A stretch of DNA of 20,000 nt from an uncultured virus (IMG/VR IMGVR_UViG_3300046534_001898) (taxonomy: Duplodnaviria; Heunggongvirae; Uroviricota; Caudoviricetes). Numbering within the stretch: position 1 is the first letter of the stretch; each line of letters begins with the position of its first letter. The stretch lies in the IMG/VR virus record IMGVR_UViG_3300046534_001898. One strand, given 5' to 3'. Made by a program: the position numbers and the translations under genes. Shown piece after piece: positions 1 through 7,430 of the stretch. The notes below the pieces were generated by a model that was not told the DNA's origin, did no database searches, and saw only the letters and a program-made list of their open reading frames with translations.

Positions 1-29
1 AAGTTATTAGTTCTTTAAAAACTAAAAAT

Positions 30-102
30 AGTCCAGAGGTGTTAATGGTAACACGCCTCCCTGTCACGGAGGAAATTGCGGGTTCGATTCCCGTGTGGAC
101 TG
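30..102 (+). tRNA. tRNA-Asp(GTC)
   Basis: Acceptor AGTCCAG/GTGGACT (G7-G66 mismatch), D stem GTGT/ACAC, anticodon arm CCTCC-CTGTCAC-GGAGG, T arm GCGGG-TTCGATT-CCCGT, discriminator G; CCA not encoded. Confidence 0.9.
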
Positions 103-107
103 CAATT

Positions 108-213
108 AAAAGGTGTTCGGATTCGAACGTATGCAAAGAAGAAGCGATGATTGTACATATTAAATCGTGAAGTACCTTAGTGTTAGGGCGCAAGCCAAAC
201 ACAGCACCTTTTT
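108..213 (+). ncRNA. candidate structured ncRNA within the tRNA array
   Basis: Terminal helix AAAAGGTGTT/AGCACCTTTT; internal hairpin GTGTT-AG-GGC-GCAA-GCC-AAACAC with a GNRA loop; no ORF. Confidence 0.45.
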
Positions 214-221
214 CTTTATTC

Positions 222-298
222 GGTTTTATATGCTGCTCTGGTGAGTGGATTTGCCCTGTCACGGCTCAAAAACGAGGGATCGTAACCCTCTAAGACCG
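222..298 (+). tRNA. degenerate tRNA-Asp(GTC)-like
   Basis: Acceptor GGTTTTA/TAAGACC plus G73, short anticodon stem GCC-CTGTCAC-GGC, T arm GAGGG-ATCGTAA-CCCTC (non-canonical loop), weak D arm. Confidence 0.65.
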
Positions 299-302
299 CT
301 AT

Positions 303-374
303 AGTGTCGTAGTTTAAAAAATAGAATTCCTCCGTTAGAGGGGGCGGGTATAGGTGAGAGTCCTGTCGATACTA
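303..374 (+). tRNA. atypical tRNA-like RNA, anticodon ambiguous (TAG or TTA)
   Basis: Acceptor AGTGTCG/CGATACT, D stem GTTT/GAAT with an A-rich loop lacking GG, anticodon arm TCCTCCGTTAGAGGGGG, T arm ATAGG-TGAGAGT-CCTGT. Confidence 0.55.
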
Positions 375-378
375 CTAT

Positions 379-452
379 AGTGATGCAGCATATTGGTGTA
401 TGGCGCTACGTTGTCAGCGTAGAGATTGCGGGTTCGAATCCCGTCATTACTG
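379..452 (+). tRNA. tRNA-Asp(GTC)
   Basis: Acceptor AGTGATG/CATTACT plus G73, anticodon arm CTACG-TTGTCAG-CGTAG, T arm GCGGG-TTCGAAT-CCCGT. Confidence 0.88.
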
Positions 453-589
453 CAAATTATTAACTTTATAAAATTAGAAAACATGGATGACTTGGGGGCG
501 ATAAGCTGAATAAAATCGAAAACAGAAAAAAAACAATTGGATCACGAAACCATAGGAAGCTTAAGAAATATTCCGACAACTTTAATGAG

Positions 590-976
590 ATGTTTGATTT
601 CTTTTTGAAATCATCTCATAGTGGATTACTGGAGTTTTGCGGCTCAGGTGTTAGTGTTGAATCCGACCCGAATTCTCCAGACGGCAAATTTTGCTTTAGG
701 AAATATGAAAACGGTCATAATGATTGGCATGTCACTCGTCATCCTAATATTTTGTATCATGTGGTGAGGGGTAAAAAGAGTTTCGGACTTTGGGTAAAAC
801 AATGGTCGGAAGGAATTGCAGAATGTTCTTTTACAAAAGAAGAAATCATTCAAGAATTCACAGATAGAGATTTAGTAATCCCTAAAGGATTGATGAAGAG
901 TTTTGATGACTCAATTCGGAAGGAAAAACAAAAACGTTATGATAGAGATTTACGAGAATTGGAAAGAACTAAATGA
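590..976 (+). CDS. hypothetical protein
   Basis: 128-aa ORF co-oriented with its neighbours; no recognised motif. Confidence 0.65.
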   Translation: MFDFFLKSSHSGLLEFCGSGVSVESDPNSPDGKFCFRKYENGHNDWHVTRHPNILYHVVRGKKSFGLWVKQWSEGIAECSFTKEEIIQEFTDRDLVIPKGLMKSFDDSIRKEKQKRYDRDLRELERTK

Positions 977-1259
977 TATTGAAATTTGCAACAATGTTGT
1001 TGCCGACATTGAAGTTGGATTAGTTTTAATCGAAAAGAGAAGCAAAAGGAAATGTATTATAGATGGTAAATCTAAAAACACCATTTCCATTTGGGGAACA
1101 AAAACTTCAAAAGAAGGAATCAATTGCGCTCAGTGGACTCAGTTAGATGGGAAGCACGGAGCAGTTGCTAACTTCTTTAAGTCTGATGAAGTGATTGAAG
1201 ATGTTTTAGCTTGGAAAGATGCCAAAATTAGAAAAGTGGCGCAGAAGTATAGAAAATAA
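939..1259 (+). CDS. hypothetical protein (start uncertain; ORF track start is 903)
   Basis: Open frame overlapping the end of the previous gene; ATG at 939 (MIEIYENW) reduces the overlap. Confidence 0.6.
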   Translation: MIEIYENWKELNDIEICNNVVADIEVGLVLIEKRSKRKCIIDGKSKNTISIWGTKTSKEGINCAQWTQLDGKHGAVANFFKSDEVIEDVLAWKDAKIRKVAQKYRK

Positions 1260-1265
1260 TAAAAT

Positions 1266-1339
1266 GGGGACGCATGTGCCAAGGCTGGCGAGGATGCTTT
1301 GCAAGTAACCTGTGGTGAATTCGATTTTCACCGTCTCCA
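1266..1339 (+). tRNA. tRNA-Ala(TGC), atypical D region, copy 1
   Basis: Acceptor GGGGACG/CGTCTCC with G3:U70 and A73; loop TT-TGC-AA; T arm GTGAA-TTCGATT-TTCAC; extra nucleotides between acceptor and D stem. Confidence 0.8.
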
Positions 1340-1340
1340 C

Positions 1341-1494
1341 TAAAACAAAAGATGATAGTTACCGCATTGGCTGACTGACGAGAGCTACGTCAATAGTTAT
1401 AACAAGGGTTGTGTAGCGTTTTGATTTTAAACCTTAGCGGGTTTAAGGGATTTGAATCATAAGAACGACTTGTATTGCTTTTTACTTTTGTTTT
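1341..1494 (+). ncRNA. candidate structured ncRNA between Ala tRNAs
   Basis: Closing helix AAAACAAAAG/CTTTTGTTTT; hairpin TGACG-AGAGCTA-CGTCA; long irregular stem ACAAG..CGTT..TGATT..CCTTAG / TTAAGG..AATCA..AACG..CTTGT. Confidence 0.45.
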
Positions 1495-1499
1495 TATTT

Positions 1500-1556
1500 G
1501 GGGAGGTATAAGAGGTGTAAACGGTATACCCAAGGGTTCGACTCCCTTCCTCTCCA
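1500..1556 (+). ncRNA. mini tRNA-Ala-like RNA resembling the tmRNA tRNA-like domain
   Basis: Acceptor GGGGAGG/CCTCTCC (G3:U70, A73) and perfect T arm AAGGG-TTCGACT-CCCTT; between them only a 7-nt unpaired linker and one 6-bp hairpin GGTGTA-AACGG-TATACC. Confidence 0.7.
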
Positions 1557-1586
1557 CTAATAGTAGAAATAATAATTTATAAACAC

Positions 1587-1659
1587 GGGGCTGTAGCTAA
1601 ACTGGCTTAGCACCTCCCTTGCACGGAGAAGCATGTGGGTTCGACTCCCATCAGCTCCA
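1587..1659 (+). tRNA. tRNA-Ala(TGC)
   Basis: Acceptor GGGGCTG/CAGCTCC with G3:U70, D stem GCTA/TAGC, anticodon arm CTCC-CTTGCAC-GGAG, T arm GTGGG-TTCGACT-CCCAT. Confidence 0.93.
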
Positions 1660-1672
1660 CAACATTTTAATT

Positions 1673-2746
1673 ATGAAACAAATTACGTTATTTCCTATGC
1701 AATCTACAGATGACTTGCATAGAGTTAAATTGGGAATTGATCCCACAAGCGATAAGCTCCACTTGGGTCATTTGGCTCCTTTAAGAATTGCACGAAAGAT
1801 GCAGGAACGAGGAAAGCACTTGACATTGGTTTTAGGTACGTTTACAGCTCAAATGGGCGATCCTTCGGGACGAGATAAAGCTAGACCTATTTTACCAGCG
1901 GAAGAGGTTAAGCAGAACGGAGAGAAGCTTTTAGAACAAGCTTCTAAAGTTTTGATCGAAGGTTTTGATGTTTTTAGAAATGGAGATGTTTTCGATAAGA
2001 TGACAGTTCCAGAATTAATGGCATTGGTTTCTAATTTTACATTGAAGAGAATTACATCGAGAGATGCTTTTCAGCTTAGAATTGAAAACAACCAGTCAAT
2101 TTCTATTCAGGAATTGATTGTCCCAGTTCTTCAGGGTTTTGACAGTGTTTCCTTGAAGACTGAAATCGAGATTGGAGGTTCTGATCAGTTGTTCAACTTT
2201 CAATTGACCAGAGAATTGCAACAGATGCATGGTCTTGAACCAGAGGTTTGTGTTATGACTCCTATCTTGAGTGGGACTGACGGTAGGAAGATGTCAAAAT
2301 CTTTAGGGAATTGCATCTTTTTGGATGAGACTCCTGAAAACATGTTTGGTCTTTGTATGAGTATTTCGGATGAAGTTATGGATGAGGAATTTATTCCAAT
2401 ATTAACTGATCTAAAAGACTTGGAAGAAAGTCCAATAAAAAGAAAGATGCAAATGGCGTTTGATATCGTGGAACAGATTCACGGAATTAATGCGGCTAGA
2501 TTGGCTCAGAAGCATTTTGAATCTACAATTCAGAATAGACAGCTTCCGCAAGACATTAAAACAACCAATCACAAAGATATCATTGATATCATCAAAGAAG
2601 TTAGAAACTGTAGTGGTTCTGAAGCTATGAGGTTGATTAAAGGTGGTGGAATTAAGATTGATGGAAAGAAGGTCGAGGAGCGTTGTGAAGTCAATCAAGG
2701 TGTTGTTGTAAAGGTTGGTAAGAGAGACTTTGTAGAAGTCATCTGA
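1673..2746 (+). CDS. tyrS: tyrosyl-tRNA synthetase
   Basis: KLGIDPTSDKLHLGH (HIGH motif), GDPSGR, GGSDQLFN, KMSKS and a C-terminal S4-like domain (SEAMRLIKGGGIKIDG..VGKR). Start moved to ATG 1673 because the ORF-track start lies inside tRNA-Ala. Confidence 0.95.
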   Translation: MKQITLFPMQSTDDLHRVKLGIDPTSDKLHLGHLAPLRIARKMQERGKHLTLVLGTFTAQMGDPSGRDKARPILPAEEVKQNGEKLLEQASKVLIEGFDVFRNGDVFDKMTVPELMALVSNFTLKRITSRDAFQLRIENNQSISIQELIVPVLQGFDSVSLKTEIEIGGSDQLFNFQLTRELQQMHGLEPEVCVMTPILSGTDGRKMSKSLGNCIFLDETPENMFGLCMSISDEVMDEEFIPILTDLKDLEESPIKRKMQMAFDIVEQIHGINAARLAQKHFESTIQNRQLPQDIKTTNHKDIIDIIKEVRNCSGSEAMRLIKGGGIKIDGKKVEERCEVNQGVVVKVGKRDFVEVI

Positions 2747-2750
2747 TAAT

Positions 2751-2824
2751 GGGGGCGCATGTGCCAAGGCTGGCGAGGATGCTTTGCAAGCAACCTGTGG
2801 TGAATTCGATTTTCACCGTCTCCA
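2751..2824 (+). tRNA. tRNA-Ala(TGC), atypical D region, copy 2
   Basis: 72/74 nt identical to 1266-1339; both differences preserve pairing. Confidence 0.8.
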
Positions 2825-2829
2825 CAAGA

Positions 2830-2855
2830 TGTAACAAATCTTTAATTTTAGCGTT
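2830..2855 (+). promoter_or_regulatory. ECF-sigma-like promoter TGTAAC-N16-CGTT
   Basis: One of five identically spaced intergenic copies; ATG lies 8 nt downstream. Confidence 0.7.
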
Positions 2856-2863
2856 TAAGAATT

Positions 2864-3211
2864 ATGGATTTACAAGAATTATGCAAGCATGATAATGGGA
2901 CAGAAATTGTAGGGGAATCAATTGAGTTAAAATATGGCATGAAACCATACTCAGGAGATTATTTAAGTTTTCAGTTTCCTAAGAATTATAAAACAAAACA
3001 TCATACAGTAATTGAATTTTGTTTTAAATCTCAGTCTTCTGATCTTTTTGATAAGTATTCAGAGTTGGGTGATGACAATCCAAATTGGATTGTAAAAACA
3101 AGAGTGTGTACAAGTCATATTTTTATGTCTCAACCCCATATTTTATTTAGTCTTATGGTGTCTATTCCAAACGAAGAGGCTAAAGATATTTTAAAAAATG
3201 CCTTTAAATAA
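2864..3211 (+). CDS. hypothetical protein
   Basis: 115-aa ORF directly after the promoter motif. Confidence 0.7.
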   Translation: MDLQELCKHDNGTEIVGESIELKYGMKPYSGDYLSFQFPKNYKTKHHTVIEFCFKSQSSDLFDKYSELGDDNPNWIVKTRVCTSHIFMSQPHILFSLMVSIPNEEAKDILKNAFK

Positions 3212-3219
3212 AAGTAATA

Positions 3220-4362
3220 ATGAAACTGAATTCTGTAGAAGAAATAAGGGAGACAAGTATTGAGAGATTTGTTGCAAAATACAAATTGAAGCATAAAGAT
3301 TATGGACATAAGTTCAGTCTTAAATACGATCAGCTTGATACTCCTAAGAAACCAGCTGCAAATGAGTGTAGAGGGATTGTTCTTTCAAACAATTTAGAAG
3401 TTCTTTCTATGCCTTTTGCTAGGTTCTCAAATTACAATGAGACTTCTCGGAAGGATATAGATTGGGAAACTGCAACGTATTGGGAGAAGACTGATGGAAC
3501 AATGATTCAATATTACTATGATCATATTATTGATAAATGGTGTGTTGGAACTACTGGTACAGCGGAAGCTGTAGATAATGTTTCTAGTAGAGATAAGATC
3601 AAGCAAATTGAGAATCATTATGATTTCAACTTGACTGATTTGTTTTACAAGGTTTGTGAAGAAAACGGGATTGACTTAACACAATGCGAAAAAGAAAATT
3701 ACACTTTCATATTTGAGCTTGCTACTGAATGTAATATTGTCATCAATAGCTATGAAAAAAGGCGTATAGTCCTTTTGGGGATTAGAGACTTAGCTTCTTT
3801 AAAAGAATTGTCTCAAGATGATTTGGATAGATGGGCAGAGGCTTTGAGTTGCGAAAGACCAAGGCAATACTTTTTTGAGTCTGAAACAGAAATGATTTCT
3901 TCTCTAAAAAATGTAAAGCATGGTGATGTTAATTTTGAGGGGTATGTAGTTGTTGATCAGAATCATAACAGGGTAAAAGTTAAATCTAATACCTACATTA
4001 TATTCTCTCAGTTCAATGGAGACATTGAATCCAGATGGAGGTTAGTGGATGTGGTTATTAGCAACGAAATAGATGAGGTAGGTTCTTACTTCCCAAATCT
4101 ATTGGAACCCATGAGAAGCATTGAAAAGAAGTATAAAGAATTAATCGCTCCGATACAAGAAAAATTTGAGTTCCTAAAGGAAAACATTGACTCACTTGAA
4201 AAGAAGGAATTCTTTATCGAGGCTCAAAAGGCAGTTAGCTTCGATAAGAAGAAGAAGATTCTTTTGGGTGTAATGAGCCAACTTCAAAGAGATCGTAATA
4301 TTGATTTCAATGATGCGGTAGATAAAATTGATAAAAGGAAATTGTATAAACTTTTGAAGTAA
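3220..4362 (+). CDS. T4 Rnl1-family RNA ligase
   Basis: ECRGIV..PFARFSNY, nucleotidyltransferase motif I EKTDGT, FIFEL, EGYVV, RVKVKS. Confidence 0.88.
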   Translation: MKLNSVEEIRETSIERFVAKYKLKHKDYGHKFSLKYDQLDTPKKPAANECRGIVLSNNLEVLSMPFARFSNYNETSRKDIDWETATYWEKTDGTMIQYYYDHIIDKWCVGTTGTAEAVDNVSSRDKIKQIENHYDFNLTDLFYKVCEENGIDLTQCEKENYTFIFELATECNIVINSYEKRRIVLLGIRDLASLKELSQDDLDRWAEALSCERPRQYFFESETEMISSLKNVKHGDVNFEGYVVVDQNHNRVKVKSNTYIIFSQFNGDIESRWRLVDVVISNEIDEVGSYFPNLLEPMRSIEKKYKELIAPIQEKFEFLKENIDSLEKKEFFIEAQKAVSFDKKKKILLGVMSQLQRDRNIDFNDAVDKIDKRKLYKLLK

Positions 4363-4493
4363 TGGAAAAAATAGAAATAACCAAAGAAGATTTACAGACC
4401 TTTATGGATGATGTAAACAAGGGTGTAGGTTGGTCAGATACTTCTTATAGAATATGTGAATTTGTAGGTATTGACCCTACAGATGGGGTTTAA
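4362..4493 (+). CDS. small hypothetical protein (43 aa, not in ORF track)
   Basis: TAATG stop-start overlap with the ligase; MEKIEITKEDLQTFMDDVNKGVGWSDTSYRICEFVGIDPTDGV. Confidence 0.6.
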   Translation: MEKIEITKEDLQTFMDDVNKGVGWSDTSYRICEFVGIDPTDGV

Positions 4494-4506
4494 AACGACA
4501 GATAAA

Positions 4507-4686
4507 ATGGGTTGGAAAAGCACATTAGACTTAACTAGAGACGAAGCAGTTTCGCTAATTCAAAAAAGGATGGCGAATCTTGATGAGTTCTCTGATAGTG
4601 AACTAGAAGAAATGATTGAGGGTCTCGGTTATGGAGAGAATACTGAGCTGCCACATTACGGTTGCAATTTTTCAATAGTGGATTAA
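4507..4686 (+). CDS. small hypothetical protein
   Basis: ATG at 4507 (MGWKSTLDLTRDEA) avoids overlap with the 43-aa ORF. Confidence 0.65.
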   Translation: MGWKSTLDLTRDEAVSLIQKRMANLDEFSDSELEEMIEGLGYGENTELPHYGCNFSIVD

Positions 4687-4702
4687 TATAAAATTAGAAA
4701 CA

Positions 4703-6199
4703 ATGGCTGGATTAAAAATTACAGGTAAGGACTTATTAGAGATTGGTTTCGAGAGTGGAAAAACTCTTGGGGTGACTCTTGATGTCGTTAGAAAAGGTTA
4801 CAAGCGTGATCACTGGGATGATGTAACTCCAGTCTTGAAGAAGATGTTGGCTGATCCAGAGGCTTTCTTGAATCACAATATTCTTGGGAGAGCTGCTGAG
4901 ACTTTAATCGTTAAGACAGAATTCGACCCAACCGTTGCTATCAATGACGAAAGTGTTCGTTACGATGTTTATGGTAAGGAAGGAATTGAGCAGGGAGCTT
5001 TCGATCAAATTGATTGGGCTACTAAGTTGCCAGTTGCTATTAGAGGAGCTTTAATGCCAGATGCTCACCAAGGATATGGTTTACCAATCGGAGGTGTACT
5101 TGCAACTGATAACGCTATTATTCCTTACGGAGTAGGTGTTGATATCGGTTGTAGAATGTGTTTGACAGTTTATGACACTAAAAGCGATTTCATTACTGGA
5201 AACAGAAAGTTCTTAGCTGATATCTTGAGGAAGAATGCTTTCTTTGGAATCAACGGAAACGACATTACCCTTGAGCATGAGATTTTGGATAACATCAATG
5301 AGACTGATGTGGTCTTTGCTAGAAATTTAATTGATAAAGCGCAAGCTCAATTAGGAACTTCTGGTGGAGGAAATCATTTCATTGACTTTGGACATGTTGA
5401 TATCACTGATGTTAATAACGAGTTTGGATTAGAAATAGGAAGGTACTTTGGTATCTTGTCACACTCAGGATCGAGAGGTTTTGGTGCTAAGATTTCTAAT
5501 GAGTATACCGAAAGAGCGAGAGCTTCTTGTATGCTTCCATCACAAGTTAAAGACTTGGCTTGGTTAGATATGGATTCTCAGGATGGTCATGAGTATTGGG
5601 TCGCTATGAATTTAGCGGGAGATTATGCTTCGGCTTGTCACGAGAAGATGCATGAGAGAATATCGACTGCTCTTGGTATTGAAGAAGTCGGAAGAGTAGA
5701 GAATCACCACAACTTCGCATGGAAGGAAATGGTGAACGGCAAGGAGGCTATTGTTCACCGTAAGGGAGCGACTCCAGCTGGTGAGGGAGTTATGGGAATC
5801 ATACCGGGTTCGATGGTCTCAAAAGGATATATCGTTCGTGGTAAAGGGAATCCACACTCTTTATCTTCAGCTTCTCACGGAGCAGGAAGACTACACTCAA
5901 GAACAAAGTGTAAAGAGTTGTTCAACAAAGAAACAGTAGCTGCAACGTTGAGAAACGCTGAAGTAACACTTATTGGTGGAGGTCTCGATGAGGCTCCAGA
6001 TGCTTACAAAGATATTGACACAGTTATGTCTTACCAGAATAACTTGGTTGATATTGTAGGAAGTTTCACTCCACAAGTTGTTCGTATGGCTTCTAGTTCT
6101 GAAGAAGGTCTTTCTTGGAAGGAACGTAAAGATAAGAAGAAAAAAGACCAAGAACGTAAAATAAGACAAAGTAAAGAAAGAGAGCGTAAGATGCGTTAA
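4703..6199 (+). CDS. rtcB: RtcB family RNA ligase (3'-phosphate/5'-OH)
   Basis: MPDAHQGYGLPIGG, GVDIGC, LGTSGGGNHF, HSGSRG, NHHN, VHRKGAT, IPGSM, SASHGAGR, DEAPDAYK; highly basic C-terminal tail. Confidence 0.96.
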   Translation: MAGLKITGKDLLEIGFESGKTLGVTLDVVRKGYKRDHWDDVTPVLKKMLADPEAFLNHNILGRAAETLIVKTEFDPTVAINDESVRYDVYGKEGIEQGAFDQIDWATKLPVAIRGALMPDAHQGYGLPIGGVLATDNAIIPYGVGVDIGCRMCLTVYDTKSDFITGNRKFLADILRKNAFFGINGNDITLEHEILDNINETDVVFARNLIDKAQAQLGTSGGGNHFIDFGHVDITDVNNEFGLEIGRYFGILSHSGSRGFGAKISNEYTERARASCMLPSQVKDLAWLDMDSQDGHEYWVAMNLAGDYASACHEKMHERISTALGIEEVGRVENHHNFAWKEMVNGKEAIVHRKGATPAGEGVMGIIPGSMVSKGYIVRGKGNPHSLSSASHGAGRLHSRTKCKELFNKETVAATLRNAEVTLIGGGLDEAPDAYKDIDTVMSYQNNLVDIVGSFTPQVVRMASSSEEGLSWKERKDKKKKDQERKIRQSKERERKMR

Positions 6200-6215
6200 G
6201 CGCTCTCTTTAATTT

Positions 6216-6303
6216 GGCAATATGGCAGAGTGGTCAATTGCGCTCGGCTCATATCCGAGTTTCCGAAAGGATACCGTTGGTTCAAATCCAACTATTGCCA
6301 CCA
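6216..6303 (+). tRNA. tRNA with CAT anticodon (Met or Ile2) and a long variable arm
   Basis: Acceptor GGCAATA/TATTGCC plus ACCA, anticodon arm CTCGG-CTCATAT-CCGAG, variable hairpin TCC-GAAA-GGA, T arm GTTGG-TTCAAAT-CCAAC. Confidence 0.88.
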
Positions 6304-6305
6304 AA

Positions 6306-6680
6306 TTAATTTTCTAATATACAGCTCTCAAATTTGAGAGCGATATTTATATCCATAATATCGGAGAAATAATTATCAAACGATGTTTGCTCTACATTGC
6401 ATTTTTTGAAATAAATTAATTCTCCATCCTGACAACCTAATGTATCAATTATTTCAATATGGAAGTCAAAGTCTTTCATTTTGGAAACTTCCTTCACAAA
6501 GATTTCTATTTCATCTGAGGGGAGGTCATCTATAGGGGTAAACTTGAATAGCTCCCATTCTTCTTTTGTTGTATTGAATATGGGCATATAGTTAGACTGA
6601 ATAATCCAAGGACTAACTTTTGGGAGATGGGCAATGAAATGTCTTTTAATCATAGGTTCATCTTCTATTTTGATTGTCAT
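6306..6680 (-). CDS. tail-tube (T4 gp19-like) paralog, divergent
   Basis: EPMIKRHF...EWELF...IEIIDTLG...C.V....F pattern parallels the neighbouring tube-like gene. Confidence 0.45.
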   Translation of the reverse strand: MTIKIEDEPMIKRHFIAHLPKVSPWIIQSNYMPIFNTTKEEWELFKFTPIDDLPSDEIEIFVKEVSKMKDFDFHIEIIDTLGCQDGELIYFKKCNVEQTSFDNYFSDIMDINIALKFESCILEN

Positions 6681-6695
6681 AAACTTGTTTTTAAT

Positions 6696-7268
6696 TTAAA
6701 ATTCAGCTTGTTTAAAGCTTTTAAAAACGCAGGATTCTGGCTTAATGCTAATGGTGACTTTGCTGAGATCATCATTACCGTAATCGCTATTACCATAATC
6801 GACACTTTCTAGTTTGCAATTTGTTAGAGTCTATTTATCTAATGCTACTCCAGCGCAATCAAGGTCTGTAAACGTACAGTCAAAACCTTTGTTTTCAGAT
6901 AACATTTTCTGAATCCCATTAAGAGTAGAGTTGTTTGTTAGTTCCAGAATTTGAATACTCACTGGTAGCCATTCGCACCCTTTAACTGATTCGTTGATTT
7001 TTATTTTAGGTCTATCAGCTGTTTGAACTAGATAGGAATCAATACCGAATTTTTCTGGGAATCTGAATTCAAAACTGTTTTTGAGTTTTGGCTCATTTGC
7101 TAGAGGAGCTAAATTATATTCCTTAATTAACCTTTCTCTTCTTTGGGTTTCTTGGTTTTCTTTTAAGGATGATTTAACTTCCTCTCTAATTGTGTACATT
7201 AAATCTACTCGTTCACGTTGCTCAGGTGTCATGAGGTCTATTGGTATTGGGTTATAGTAATCTGGCAT
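6696..7268 (-). pseudogene. tail-tube (T4 gp19-like) gene interrupted by an in-frame TAG at 6831-6833
   Basis: EPKLKNSFEFRFP..GIDSYLVQTADRPK..EWLPV..LDCAGVALDK*TLTNCKLESVDYGNSDYGNDDLSKVTISIKPESCVF; the frame stays open for 44 codons after the TAG. Confidence 0.65.
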
Positions 7269-7307
7269 GTTTCTTTTTCTTTTAAATAAGAATTGAAAAA
7301 TTTTTCG

Positions 7308-7315
7308 TATCTTTG
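7308..7315 (+). promoter_or_regulatory. Bacteroidota housekeeping promoter -7 element
   Basis: TATCTTTG matches TAnnTTTG in a divergent intergenic region. Confidence 0.55.
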
Positions 7316-7430
7316 CGATATGGAATTAATAAAGAGTTACGAATTTCATTCAAGATGAAAGCTATGGTGAGCAAGGGTGGGCTTTCTTTTTGAATGATAA
7401 GAAAGTTGAGTTAAATGAAGAATAACATAA

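Noticed and set aside
1266..1339. Reading these tRNAs as Cys(GCA) or Gln(TTG)
   Set aside because: The best stem centres TGC in a 7-nt loop, and G3:U70 with A73 indicates Ala.
1619..1672. N-terminal extension of TyrRS in the ORF track
   Set aside because: Starts at a TTG inside tRNA-Ala.
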